Positions 26,773 to 35,908 of a DNA stretch of 44,578 bases are shown here, piece by piece. Both the position numbers and the translations under genes were made by a program. A model generated the notes under the pieces. It searched no databases and had not been told where the DNA came from. It saw nothing but the letters and a program-made list of their open reading frames with translations. The stretch is taken from assembly GCA_026776125.1 (NCBI GenBank), contig GCA_026776125.1_4343.1; one strand, written 5' to 3'. Positions within the stretch are counted from its first letter, which is position 1, and each line of letters opens with the position of its first letter. This DNA is from a phage.

Positions 26773-28019
26773 GTATTCAGCTATCCGCACCACAGGCACT
26801 GTTCCTGAATTGCGATAACAAATACAAGGCCTATGTCGGAGGCTTCGGTAGCGGCAAGACATTTGTCGGCTGTCTCGACCTGCTTACGTTCATGCTCCGG
26901 AACCCGGGTACCCGCCTGGGCTACTTCGGCCCCACCTACCCGGCTATCCGCGACATCTTCTACCCGACATTCGAGGAAGCGGCTAACCTCCTCGGCCTCG
27001 ATGTGCTGGTTAAATCTGGCGACAAAGAAGTCGTGGTCACTCGCGGTAAGACGGTGCTCGGAACTGTTATCTGCCGCTCGATGGATAACCCCGGCTCGAT
27101 AGTCGGCTTCAAAATCGCGGCTGCGGTCGTGGATGAGCTGGACGTATTGAGCCGTGAGAAAGCCGAGCTGGCGTGGAACAAAATCGTAGCCCGCATGCGT
27201 CTGGTTATCCCGGGGGTAATTAACCACATCTCCGTCACCACGACTCCGGAAGGGTTCAAGTTCGTTTACGCCAAGTTCAAGGAGAACCCGACGCCGAGTT
27301 ACTCAATGGTGCAGGCGTCCACTCACGAGAACGCCAGATTCCTGCCGCCGGATTACATTAGCTCGCTGACTGAGACTTACCCGGCGCAACTGATTAACGC
27401 GTATCTGAACGGTGAGTTTGTCAACCTGACATCCGGAAGCGTGTATTACGCATACGACCGACGCAAGCACCGCAGCAAAGAGACAATTCAACCGGGCGAC
27501 ACGCTGTACATCGGGCAGGACTTCAACGTTACGAAGAACGCCAGCGCCGTGTATGTGCAGCGTAAAGATGGATGGCACGCGGTTGCCGAACTGAAGGGCC
27601 TGTTCGATACGCCGGACACCGTGCGCGTAATTACCGAGAAGTGGAAGTCACAAGGCCACCGCATCGTCGTTTACCCCGACGCTAGCGGCAAGAACCGTAA
27701 GACAAACTCGGCGTCAATCTCTGATATTGCATTACTCCAGCAGGCGGGTTTCGATGTTCGCGCTAAATCAGCCAACCCCCCGGTTAAAGACCGCGTTTTA
27801 GCCGTGAACACCGCGCTGGAAAAAGGTAAGCTGTGGGTTAATGACCACTTATGTCCTGAGATAGCCAAGACGCTGGAACAGCAGGCATACGACGATAACG
27901 GAGAGCCGGCTAAAGACGGCGTCATTGACCATATGGCTGATGCTCTCGGCTATCCTGTAGTTTATGAGATGCCGGTGGTTAAACCAGTAATCAACATCCC
28001 GGTGACTTTCGCACTTTAA
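26769..28019 (+). CDS. Terminase large subunit
   Basis: Walker A YVGGFGSGKT near N-terminus; size and position before portal. Confidence 0.8.
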   Translation: MSIQLSAPQALFLNCDNKYKAYVGGFGSGKTFVGCLDLLTFMLRNPGTRLGYFGPTYPAIRDIFYPTFEEAANLLGLDVLVKSGDKEVVVTRGKTVLGTVICRSMDNPGSIVGFKIAAAVVDELDVLSREKAELAWNKIVARMRLVIPGVINHISVTTTPEGFKFVYAKFKENPTPSYSMVQASTHENARFLPPDYISSLTETYPAQLINAYLNGEFVNLTSGSVYYAYDRRKHRSKETIQPGDTLYIGQDFNVTKNASAVYVQRKDGWHAVAELKGLFDTPDTVRVITEKWKSQGHRIVVYPDASGKNRKTNSASISDIALLQQAGFDVRAKSANPPVKDRVLAVNTALEKGKLWVNDHLCPEIAKTLEQQAYDDNGEPAKDGVIDHMADALGYPVVYEMPVVKPVINIPVTFAL

Positions 28020-28031
28020 GAGGATTATTAA

Positions 28032-29501
28032 ATGTTAACTATGAACGGTCAGAATCAGGGTGTTAAGACAAAACACCGGGAATGGCTGCATCACTTCGAT
28101 AAATGGCAGAAGGTACGCCACGCGCTGGAAGGCGACCTTATTCGCTATCTGCGCAACGTCGGGAAGAACGAACCTGACCCGACCTACGCAGCCCAGCGCC
28201 AGGAAGAATACGAGAACGGTGCTATCTGTTACAACTTCACTAAACGTACCCTGGCGGGGATGACGGGGTCAGTGATGCGCAAAGACCCTGAGCAGATTAT
28301 CCCGCCTGAACTTGAGTACCTGTTGCACAACGCTGACGGTTCGGGTGTAGGGCTGTGGCAGCACGCGCAGGATACGTTAATGGAGATTGACTCGGTGGGT
28401 CGTGGCGGGTTGCTGGTGGACGCCCCGGAGACAGCCGCGGCAACGGCAGCCGAACAGAACGCGGGGTTACTAAACCCGGTCATTGCATTCTACACTGCTG
28501 AGAACATCATCAACTGGCGACTGACCCGCATCGGCTCAGTGAACCGTGTGACGATGGTTGTATTGCGTGAGGCATGGGAATACTCGGAACCAGGCGCTGA
28601 GTTTGAAACAAAATTCGGCGAGCAATACCGCGTCCTTGACCTGATTGACGGTCGCTACCGCCAGCGCATCTACCGCTTCGATGCCGAAGGTGGCGCACAG
28701 GATGAAGTAATCGAAATCTTCCCGGAACTCGGCGAACAGTTGCGCGGTAAAATCCCGTTCACGTTCATTGGCGCAAGCAACAACGACGCCACTATAGACG
28801 ATGCGCCTTTACTGCCGTTAGCTGAGCTAAATATAGGACACTTCAGAAATTCGGCCGATGTGGAAGAGGCCAGCTTTATAGTAGGTCAACCGACACTGTT
28901 CATTGCCCCCGGCGAGAACATGAGCATGGAGCAGTGGAAAGAAGCCAACCCACACGGCATACGCATGGGGTCGCGTTCAGGCCACAACATCGGCTCCGGC
29001 GGAAATGCGTTTCTGGTTCAGGCGGCGGAAACTAACCTCGCCAAACAGAATATGCTGGATAAAGAGAATCAGGCCATCCAGATTGGCGCGCAGCTTATCA
29101 CCCCGACGCAGCAAATCACCGCGGAATCGGCCCGCCTGCAACGCGGCGCCGACACGTCAGTCATGGCAACAATAGCACGTAATGTAAGCATGGCGTATAC
29201 CGATGCGTTGCGCTGGGTTGCGGGTATGCTTGGGCTTAGTGAAGATACTGAGATTGAATTCAAGCTGAACATGGAGTTCTTCCTGCAACCGATGACAGCT
29301 CAGGACCGCGCTCAGTGGATGGCGGACATTAACGCAGGCCTGCTACCAGCTACTGCTTACTACGCCGCGTTGCGTAAGGCTGGCGTAACCGACTGGACCG
29401 ATGAAGACATTCAGAACGCTATTGGGGACGCACCGCTGCCGTTGGGTGCGGTTGCTCAGGTAGCAGGAGAAATTCCGCAGTCCTCGCAACAACAGGAGTA
29501 A
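28032..29501 (+). CDS. Portal protein
   Basis: 489-aa ORF directly after terminase large subunit; synteny and size. Confidence 0.65.
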   Translation: MLTMNGQNQGVKTKHREWLHHFDKWQKVRHALEGDLIRYLRNVGKNEPDPTYAAQRQEEYENGAICYNFTKRTLAGMTGSVMRKDPEQIIPPELEYLLHNADGSGVGLWQHAQDTLMEIDSVGRGGLLVDAPETAAATAAEQNAGLLNPVIAFYTAENIINWRLTRIGSVNRVTMVVLREAWEYSEPGAEFETKFGEQYRVLDLIDGRYRQRIYRFDAEGGAQDEVIEIFPELGEQLRGKIPFTFIGASNNDATIDDAPLLPLAELNIGHFRNSADVEEASFIVGQPTLFIAPGENMSMEQWKEANPHGIRMGSRSGHNIGSGGNAFLVQAAETNLAKQNMLDKENQAIQIGAQLITPTQQITAESARLQRGADTSVMATIARNVSMAYTDALRWVAGMLGLSEDTEIEFKLNMEFFLQPMTAQDRAQWMADINAGLLPATAYYAALRKAGVTDWTDEDIQNAIGDAPLPLGAVAQVAGEIPQSSQQQE

Positions 29502-29506
29502 ATAGA

Positions 29507-29532
29507 AAGGCCCCGCTAGGGGCCTTAGTTTT
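29507..29532. terminator. Bidirectional hairpin terminator (aaggcccc-gcta-ggggcctt)
   Basis: 8-bp stem between convergent genes (portal + and 29531..30184 -). Confidence 0.6.
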
Positions 29533-30184
29533 AACGTATATTAGCCGCACATTTACGCACAACCCGAGGTATCGCCTCTTTCAGTTCACCCCATGTATTA
29601 ACGGCCTCCATGTCAAGAAGCGTCACCAGAGCTTTCTGGATGTCACTTCGCAACTGATTGGTCTTCGCATCCTGAGAGTCCCATGTATCGAAACCCGTTA
29701 CGTCGCGGATATCTACGGATTCCTTTACCGCTTTAGCCACCTGTATGAAGTGTCCACTGTGGCCAATTCTTCCCTCCGTGCGCTCGATCATTCGACTAAC
29801 GGCAGCGTTAAGCTCGACAAAGCTCACCGCGCCAATGTTTCGTAGTTCTACCTGCCGTTGTGTGATAAAGCGGTCGATAACGAGGAAATGGAAATAGGCG
29901 CTGTATTGCTCAGCAATATATACTGCCAGATGGAGACATGCAAAGGTGCGACCGTTTCGGCCTTTCGTCGCCCTTATGGCATTCTCGATTCCGAGTTGTT
30001 TTTCGCATTCCTCCTTGAAAATCTTGAAGCCATCCGTTGCCATGACCTGGCGAAGCTCTCTGGCCCCCATGCCGTTGTCTAAACGCCAACGGTTCATCTG
30101 GTCAACCAGCTCGTTTACGTTAATAAAGTTTTCACGGTCAAAAGTGATTTCTCCATAAGGGAACTCTAATGTTTGCAGTTTCAT
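29531..30184 (-). CDS. KilA-N-like domain protein (moron on opposite strand)
   Basis: N-terminal region ending GRTFACLHLAVYIAEQYSAYF resembles KilA-N domain signature; unknown C-terminal domain. Confidence 0.4.
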   Translation of the reverse strand: MKLQTLEFPYGEITFDRENFINVNELVDQMNRWRLDNGMGARELRQVMATDGFKIFKEECEKQLGIENAIRATKGRNGRTFACLHLAVYIAEQYSAYFHFLVIDRFITQRQVELRNIGAVSFVELNAAVSRMIERTEGRIGHSGHFIQVAKAVKESVDIRDVTGFDTWDSQDAKTNQLRSDIQKALVTLLDMEAVNTWGELKEAIPRVVRKCAANIR

Positions 30185-30210
30185 GTGTATTTCTCCTGTT
30201 TAAGTGTACG

Positions 30211-30240
30211 TTTAAATTCTACATTTGAATGTAGAATTTA
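30211..30240. promoter_or_regulatory. Perfect 13-bp inverted repeat with 4-bp spacer (TTAAATTCTACAT-TTGA-ATGTAGAATTTAA); putative operator
   Basis: Verified by reverse-complementing; lies 27-56 nt upstream of start of 29531..30184. Confidence 0.5.
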
Positions 30241-30326
30241 ATCAAGCTCTTTTTAACCTTAAATGCGTATGATTATGCCAATACGTTACCGACTGATATG
30301 ATTGTCATATCGAAACAGGAGGGTAT

Positions 30327-31370
30327 ATGAGCTTACTGACATCACTAATCAGCCACCAGATTTGGCTGCAACGCACCGCATCTGGTGAAGTGAAAGACCT
30401 AGCACCGTTCATTCAGGAGATGCGGGACGAAATAAAACGTCAGGTGCTGTTATTCGGTGACGACGGGCGAAGCACTGCCCGACTGAATAAATTGTTACGC
30501 GACCTTGAAGAAGCACTGGTGGGGCTTACGGGCGACTGGCAGACAAAGCTGACAGAAGACCTTAAGGAACTGGCGGCGTATGAGGCTGAGTGGAACGTAA
30601 AGACACTGACCGCCAACGTAGACGCGGAATTTGTTACGCCTACCGCTGAGCAGGTATGGGCCGCTGCCGAGTTTCAACCATTATCATTGAGCGACAAGCC
30701 CGTTGATTTCACCAAGCTGATGTCTGGATGGGGTGAAACGGAAGTAGCACGTCTTGTAACTGGAGTTAAGATGGGCTTTGTGCAAGGTCAAACCACACGG
30801 CAGATTGTTAAGAATGTTGTTGGCGCTGGTGGACTAGCCGACATCTCAGAACGTAACGCGACTACGGTAATCCGCACCGCGCTGTCCCACGTATCCAACG
30901 AGGCCCGTAACGAGACGTACCGCCAGAACGACGACATCATCGAGAAATATGAGTGGGTGTCAACTTTGGACAGCCGTACCAGCACGATTTGCAGGGCCAG
31001 AGACGGAATGACGTGGGAAATCGGTAAAGGTCCGATGCCACCAGCCCATCCTAATTGCCGAAGTACCACTGCACCGGTAATCAGTTCAGAGTTCGACTTC
31101 CTTGATAAAGGCGCAAAACGTGCGGCTAAGGGTGCGGACGGCGGTACTCAGGTAAGCGCAGACACCACCTATTACGAGTTCCTGAAACAACAACCAGCAT
31201 GGTTTCAGGACCAGGCGCTCGGTCCTGTTCGTGGTAAGATTTTCCGTAACAGCGGTATATCGCCGGAAGAGTTTCGCGTAAAATCTGTAGATGGTTTCGG
31301 GAATCCGCTTACGCTTAAGCAGATGGCGGAACTCGATAAACGTGTTGCTGATTATCTGAAAGGGGATTAA
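30327..31370 (+). CDS. Putative head morphogenesis / minor head protein
   Basis: 347-aa ORF following portal; assignment by synteny. Confidence 0.4.
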   Translation: MSLLTSLISHQIWLQRTASGEVKDLAPFIQEMRDEIKRQVLLFGDDGRSTARLNKLLRDLEEALVGLTGDWQTKLTEDLKELAAYEAEWNVKTLTANVDAEFVTPTAEQVWAAAEFQPLSLSDKPVDFTKLMSGWGETEVARLVTGVKMGFVQGQTTRQIVKNVVGAGGLADISERNATTVIRTALSHVSNEARNETYRQNDDIIEKYEWVSTLDSRTSTICRARDGMTWEIGKGPMPPAHPNCRSTTAPVISSEFDFLDKGAKRAAKGADGGTQVSADTTYYEFLKQQPAWFQDQALGPVRGKIFRNSGISPEEFRVKSVDGFGNPLTLKQMAELDKRVADYLKGD

Positions 31371-31831
31371 TGATGGGCTTTTTCAAAGTAACTGATGTGC
31401 CGTCACGTCGCGTAGTCCAGTACGCTCGGGTGTCTGGCTCCGGTGAGAACGTAACCTACGTTGAGGATGAAAGTGTACTAGGTACACCTGTAGACGAGAT
31501 GCCGTGCGCAGACAAGACAGGTATCGCACTCTCTGCCGCTGGTATGCTTTATGAAATTCCGTATCTGGCGGACGCTGGTGACGTGTATCTCTCTGCGCAA
31601 CCGCAGGACGCTGAACTGGCGGGCGGCAGCGCAACCATCACTGTCGAGGTTAAGGCAGGCAAAGCGCCGTATTCTTCGACCTGGTACAAAGACGGTAAGG
31701 AAGTGGTGAATGTGCCTGAGGAGTCTCTGTCTCTGACGGTTAATGCGGTCGGCGAATACTTCGTTAAAGTTACTGATGCCGATGGAGTAGAGGCGGTAAG
31801 CAAAGCGGCGAAGGTTACTAAGCCAGAATGA
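31370..31831 (+). CDS. Ig-like domain protein (possible head decoration/accessory)
   Basis: C-terminal region (ATITVEVKAGKAPYSSTWYKDGKEV...GEYFVKVTDADG) parallels Ig-like domain of 34833..35174. Confidence 0.4.
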   Translation: MMGFFKVTDVPSRRVVQYARVSGSGENVTYVEDESVLGTPVDEMPCADKTGIALSAAGMLYEIPYLADAGDVYLSAQPQDAELAGGSATITVEVKAGKAPYSSTWYKDGKEVVNVPEESLSLTVNAVGEYFVKVTDADGVEAVSKAAKVTKPE

Positions 31832-31834
31832 TAA

Positions 31835-31862
31835 AAGGCCCCATTATGGGGCCTTAGTTTTC
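31835..31862. terminator. Bidirectional hairpin terminator (aaggcccca-tta-tggggcctt)
   Basis: 9-bp stem between convergent genes. Confidence 0.55.
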
Positions 31863-32064
31863 AACGGAATCTTGTGTTTAAATCCTGCTCATGGACAACC
31901 CTCAGAACAGTGTCATAATCCCCGTATCTTCCAGGTTCAAATATATCTAATGCCTTGTAAGCAGACATTGCGTCAGGGAAAACCTGCAGAACCTTTTTAA
32001 CCCGGCACAAGTCACCGTCGAACTCTTCATCGAACTCTTGAACTACTTCGCAAATTGCATACAT
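31861..32064 (-). CDS. Hypothetical acidic protein (67 aa), opposite-strand insert
   Basis: ORF with RBS AGGAGG, driven by class II promoter element at 32092. Confidence 0.45.
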   Translation of the reverse strand: MYAICEVVQEFDEEFDGDLCRVKKVLQVFPDAMSAYKALDIFEPGRYGDYDTVLRVVHEQDLNTRFR

Positions 32065-32091
32065 TTTTCACCTCCTGTTTAAGTTAACTGA

Positions 32092-32120
32092 ATAGTACCC
32101 TATTATATTGGGGTGTGCAA
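32092..32120 (-). promoter_or_regulatory. Promoter-like element, class II (TTGCAC-N17-TACTAT on minus strand)
   Basis: Near-identical to 41325(-) and 20950(+). Confidence 0.5.
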
Positions 32121-32395
32121 ACTATTTATTTACGTATTCCAGTTATTCCTCCGAATTGTAAATGTTGGAATAAACTATTCGAATAGTTGACTTTTCACTA
32201 AAAATATGATAAGCTCCACCTGAGCTTGTGAAGTATGAACAAGCGACCGCGGCGCGGGCAGGTAACGGAGCGGGACGTAAGTCCTGAGTGTAGTTACGCT
32301 GACGCGTTCGGAAGGGCCATACTCTATTGCTTGTGTAAAAAGTAACTGGTTTACTGAGATTACGCCGTTTCTATGTTTAAATGATAAGGACTAGC

Positions 32396-32418
32396 GCCCC
32401 GCTTTATGGCGGGGCTTT
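32396..32418 (+). terminator. Rho-independent terminator (gccccgc-tttatg-gcggggc + TTT)
   Basis: 7-bp GC stem plus T-run, 20 nt before Rz start. Confidence 0.5.
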
Positions 32419-32439
32419 ACTTATCGAGAAAGGGGAAAC

Positions 32440-32826
32440 ATGAATCTTAAAGCAACTGTCGTAGCAGGAGCATGTTTCATCATCCTGGTTTACGCACACG
32501 GCATCTACCAGTATCGCAGCGGATGGAACGAAGGCCGGGCTAATCTCGTTTCGCAGCAACAGCAGAAAGCACAGACTGAGTTAGCGAAGAAAACACAACG
32601 GCAGCAGCAGGATGAATCGAAGGCCGCCGCCGCTGACAACGAAGGCAAGACGAAATCAGAGGTGATTATCCGTGAAGTCGTTAAGTACATTAAAACGCCT
32701 GGTCGCAGCGTGTGCACTTTTGACGATGCTCGCGTCCTGCTCAAGTCCCGCGCCGTCGCCAACGCCAATTCCATCCCCGGATACGACGATGATGCAGCCG
32801 CCGTGCAAGCTGGCGCCACCAAGTAG
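32440..32826 (+). CDS. i-spanin (Rz-like)
   Basis: N-terminal transmembrane segment (ATVVAGACFIILVYAHGIY) followed by Q/K/E-rich predicted coiled coil. Confidence 0.6.
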   Translation: MNLKATVVAGACFIILVYAHGIYQYRSGWNEGRANLVSQQQQKAQTELAKKTQRQQQDESKAAAADNEGKTKSEVIIREVVKYIKTPGRSVCTFDDARVLLKSRAVANANSIPGYDDDAAAVQAGATK

Positions 32827-32935
32827 TGACGCGGACGAGGATTTAGCTATCGACGTTCAGAACGCCGAATGCGTACGGCAACTGAGACTGAAAGTGTTCA
32901 TGTTGCAGGATTACGTGAGGAATATTCTGGAATAG
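32672..32935 (+). CDS. o-spanin (Rz1-like lipoprotein) overlapping Rz in +1 frame
   Basis: Signal peptide with lipobox LASC, proline-rich mature region (SPAPSPTPIPSPDT); starts inside Rz and extends past it. Confidence 0.6.
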   Translation: MKSLSTLKRLVAACALLTMLASCSSPAPSPTPIPSPDTTMMQPPCKLAPPSSDADEDLAIDVQNAECVRQLRLKVFMLQDYVRNILE

Positions 32936-33017
32936 TTGCCTTGCATGTTGGAATAATTTATTCTTGACATGTAAATCCGGGTGGCCCGGATTCCAACGTC
33001 CAGGGGACATACTGACT

Positions 33018-33719
33018 ATGAATCGTTTTTTACGTTATCCGTTCCAGGAAGAAGCTGGAGCAGAAGATAAAGCTGGTGGCGGTGACGCTCCTAAAATGTT
33101 CACCGCTGAAGAAGTTCAGGCGCTGATTGAGAAAGAAGTTGCCGGGCTTAAGGCCAATCAGGAAGCATTGCTGGCGGAGAAGAAAGAAGCCGCCCGTAAA
33201 GCAAAAGAGGCCGAAGAAGAACGGCAGCGCGCGCACCAGGAGGCGTTAAAAGCCGCTGGTAAGATGGATGAGTTCGAAAAGACGATTCGTAGCCAGTATG
33301 ACCCGGTGTTAGCCGAGAAAGACGGTCGCATCTCCAGAATGGCAGAGCGTATCCTCGGCAGCGAACGTAAAGCGGTGCTAGGCTCTTTCGCGGGTGACTT
33401 TATTACCCCAGAAGCAGTGGACATTCTTGCGCCGTTCGTTAAGACTGAGTTCGAAGGCGATGATGTGGTTACTAAGTTTGTTGGTGCAGACGGTAACGTA
33501 ATCACGACTGACCCGGAACAGTTCCGCAAATACCTGCGCGAACACAAGGCGTTTTCGCATTTGATCAAAGCAAATGCAGCTTCCGGCGGCGGGGCTTCCG
33601 GTAGCAAAGGCGGCGGGGCCGCACCAGCGTTTAAAGACATGAGTGAAGCAGAGCGTTTAGCCCTGTATAAATCGAACCCTGCCGAATTTGAACGGCAACT
33701 TAAAGCCCTGAGGAAATAA
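33018..33719 (+). CDS. Putative scaffolding protein
   Basis: Charged, alanine-rich coiled-coil-like sequence directly upstream of major capsid gene; ATG at 33018 preferred over ORF-track start 32964. Confidence 0.55.
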   Translation: MNRFLRYPFQEEAGAEDKAGGGDAPKMFTAEEVQALIEKEVAGLKANQEALLAEKKEAARKAKEAEEERQRAHQEALKAAGKMDEFEKTIRSQYDPVLAEKDGRISRMAERILGSERKAVLGSFAGDFITPEAVDILAPFVKTEFEGDDVVTKFVGADGNVITTDPEQFRKYLREHKAFSHLIKANAASGGGASGSKGGGAAPAFKDMSEAERLALYKSNPAEFERQLKALRK

Positions 33720-33721
33720 TA

Positions 33722-34771
33722 ATGGCAATTACCACTATCGGCGATATCGTAACTGGCAACATCCCGGTCCTGGCGTCTTATATGACCGAGGACCCGGTAG
33801 AAAAAACCGCGTTCTTCCAGTCTGGTATTCTCACCCCGACCCCATACGCCGCCGAGATTGCCCGCGGCCCGTCCAACGTCGCTAATATTCCTTTCTGGAA
33901 AGCGATTGATACCTCTATCGAGCCGAACTACTCGAACGACGTATACCAGGACATCGCCACCCCGCGTAACGTGCAGACCGGCGAGATGATGGCGCGCGTT
34001 GCGTACCTGAACGAAGGTTTCGGTCAGGCGGATTTGACCGTTGAACTGACCAGCCAGAACCCGCTGCAATCCGTAGCGTCACGTCTGGATAACTTCTGGC
34101 AGCGTCAGGCACAACGCCGTCTGATTGCTACCGCGCTCGGGCTGTACAATGACAACGTAGCCGCTACCGACGCATACCACAAGCAGAATGACATGGTAAT
34201 CGACGTGTCTGCTACTCTGGGCTTCGATGCGGGCGCGTTCATCGACGCTACCCAGACTATGGGTGATGCGCTGATGGGCAACGGCGGTGAAGTGCTGGGG
34301 GCTATCGCGATGCATAGCTTCGTTTATGCGCAGGCACGTAAGCAGCAGCTTATCGACTTCATCCGTGACGCGGACAACAACACCATGTTCGCCACCTACC
34401 AGGGCTACCGCGTGATTGTTGACGACAGCATGACCGTAGTCAGCACTGGCCCGACCCGTAAGTTCATCTCCATCATCTTCGGCAACGGCGCTATCGGTTA
34501 CGGTGAAGGTTCTCCGTCCAACCCGCTGGAATACGAGCGCGAAGCGTCCCGCGGCAACGGCGGCGGCGTTGAAACCCTGTGGACCCGTAAGACCTGGTTG
34601 CTACATCCGTTTGGTTACAGCTTCACCAGTGCAGTAATCACTGGCAACGGCACCGAGACTACCCCGCGCTCTGCTTCCTGGCAGGACCTGGCGAACGCCT
34701 CCAACTGGAACCGTGTGGTTGACCGCAAGCACGTACCGATTGCCTTCCTGGTAACTGGTGTCGGTGCTTAA
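33722..34771 (+). CDS. Major capsid protein
   Basis: 349-aa ORF following scaffold and followed by terminator; synteny and size. Confidence 0.65.
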   Translation: MAITTIGDIVTGNIPVLASYMTEDPVEKTAFFQSGILTPTPYAAEIARGPSNVANIPFWKAIDTSIEPNYSNDVYQDIATPRNVQTGEMMARVAYLNEGFGQADLTVELTSQNPLQSVASRLDNFWQRQAQRRLIATALGLYNDNVAATDAYHKQNDMVIDVSATLGFDAGAFIDATQTMGDALMGNGGEVLGAIAMHSFVYAQARKQQLIDFIRDADNNTMFATYQGYRVIVDDSMTVVSTGPTRKFISIIFGNGAIGYGEGSPSNPLEYEREASRGNGGGVETLWTRKTWLLHPFGYSFTSAVITGNGTETTPRSASWQDLANASNWNRVVDRKHVPIAFLVTGVGA

Positions 34772-34787
34772 GGTTAAGCTATAATCG

Positions 34788-34811
34788 AGAGGGACTTCGG
34801 TCCCTCTTTTC
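34788..34811 (+). terminator. Rho-independent terminator (agagggac-ttcg-gtccctct + TTTTCATTT)
   Basis: Perfect 8-bp stem plus T-run after capsid gene. Confidence 0.65.
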
Positions 34812-34832
34812 ATTTACTAAGAGGATTCCTAA

Positions 34833-35174
34833 ATGGTAGACGTATTGAAGCGACGTATCACCGGCGTCTCCGCTGACGCCCCGGGCGCTAAGATTGACAT
34901 GGCGACTATTTCTCCTGCGTCTTTCTCTTCCGCGCTGGCGGCTACTACCGCAGTGACCACAGGTGAAACTATGACGCTGACCGTAACGGTAGCCGGTGGT
35001 CTGGAGCCATATTCTTACCAGTGGTATAAGAATAACAACGCCATCGCCGGGGCTACCGCAGCTACCTATGCTAAAGCATCGACCACTGCCGCCGACTCCG
35101 GTACGTATAAAGTGGTTGTTCACGATGCGTATGGTAATATTATCTCCAGCAGCACTGTAGCAACTGTGTCTTAA
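34833..35174 (+). CDS. Ig-like domain protein (putative capsid decoration)
   Basis: TMTLTVTVAGGLEPYSYQWYKNNNAIAG...GTYKVVVHDAYG Ig-like pattern. Confidence 0.45.
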   Translation: MVDVLKRRITGVSADAPGAKIDMATISPASFSSALAATTAVTTGETMTLTVTVAGGLEPYSYQWYKNNNAIAGATAATYAKASTTAADSGTYKVVVHDAYGNIISSSTVATVS

Positions 35175-35210
35175 TACAGCGGCCCTTCGGGGCCGTAATA
35201 AGGAAAGGTC

Positions 35211-35390
35211 ATGGCAGATAATTATGTAATCCGCGAAAAGTACACCCACGTTGATATTGTAGACGGTCAGGTGATGCCTGTTCGCGGTGTGGTAGAAGCG
35301 GATGAACTGGTTGCGACTCAACCGGACAACGAAGAAGCGCACAACAACGGCGGTGGTGCTAAGCGTCGTCGCCGTAAATCAGAGGAATAA
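35211..35390 (+). CDS. Hypothetical small protein with basic C-terminus (59 aa), not in ORF track
   Basis: Hand-translated; RBS AAGGAAAGG; ends GGGAKRRRRKSEE. Confidence 0.35.
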   Translation: MADNYVIREKYTHVDIVDGQVMPVRGVVEADELVATQPDNEEAHNNGGGAKRRRRKSEE

Positions 35391-35393
35391 TTT

Positions 35394-35906
35394 ATGCCGC
35401 TAATCGTGGAAGACGGGTCGATAGTACCTAACGCCGACAGTTACATTAGTCTGGCTGACGCCCGCGCGTTAGCGGCTAATTACGGTCTTGAGTTACCCGC
35501 AGACGATACTGCCGCAGAGGTGGCACTGCGCAACGGTGCTACCTATGTCGGGCTTGCAGAACCTCAGATGTGTGGTCACCGCGTATCCGCCGAGCAGTCC
35601 CTGGCGTACCCACGTACGGGAACAACACTAAACGGCTTCACCGTAGCTGATAATGTTATCCCACCGCAGTTAATCCGGGCGCAGGTAATCGCCGCTGTTA
35701 CGTATGGAGCGGGCACTGATGTTCGGGCTAACTCCGATGGACGTTCCGTGCAGACCGAGCGTGTAGAGGGTGCGGTAACAGTTACCTACTTCAACAACGG
35801 CAACAGCGGGGCCACAACCGCGATTACCGCCGCTGACGACGCCTTACGCCCGTTACTGTGTGGTGGTCTTAACAACGGCTTCTCATTTAATGTGTACCGG
35901 GGTTAA
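35394..35906 (+). CDS. Putative head-tail connector/adaptor protein
   Basis: Position between capsid and tail genes; synteny only. Confidence 0.35.
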   Translation: MPLIVEDGSIVPNADSYISLADARALAANYGLELPADDTAAEVALRNGATYVGLAEPQMCGHRVSAEQSLAYPRTGTTLNGFTVADNVIPPQLIRAQVIAAVTYGAGTDVRANSDGRSVQTERVEGAVTVTYFNNGNSGATTAITAADDALRPLLCGGLNNGFSFNVYRG

Positions 35907-35908
35907 AA

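Noticed and set aside
32230-32320. Possible tRNA in the ORF-free region upstream of Rz
   Set aside because: No acceptor/T-arm geometry or conserved T-loop (GTTCRANYC) could be folded by eye; a GTTCGGA-like string is not flanked by complementary stems.
33158-34069. 303-aa minus-strand ORF antisense to the scaffold and major capsid genes
   Set aside because: Arg/Ser/Ala-rich low-complexity translation typical of an antisense frame in GC-rich coding DNA; it fully overlaps well-supported, syntenic plus-strand structural genes and has no RBS context.
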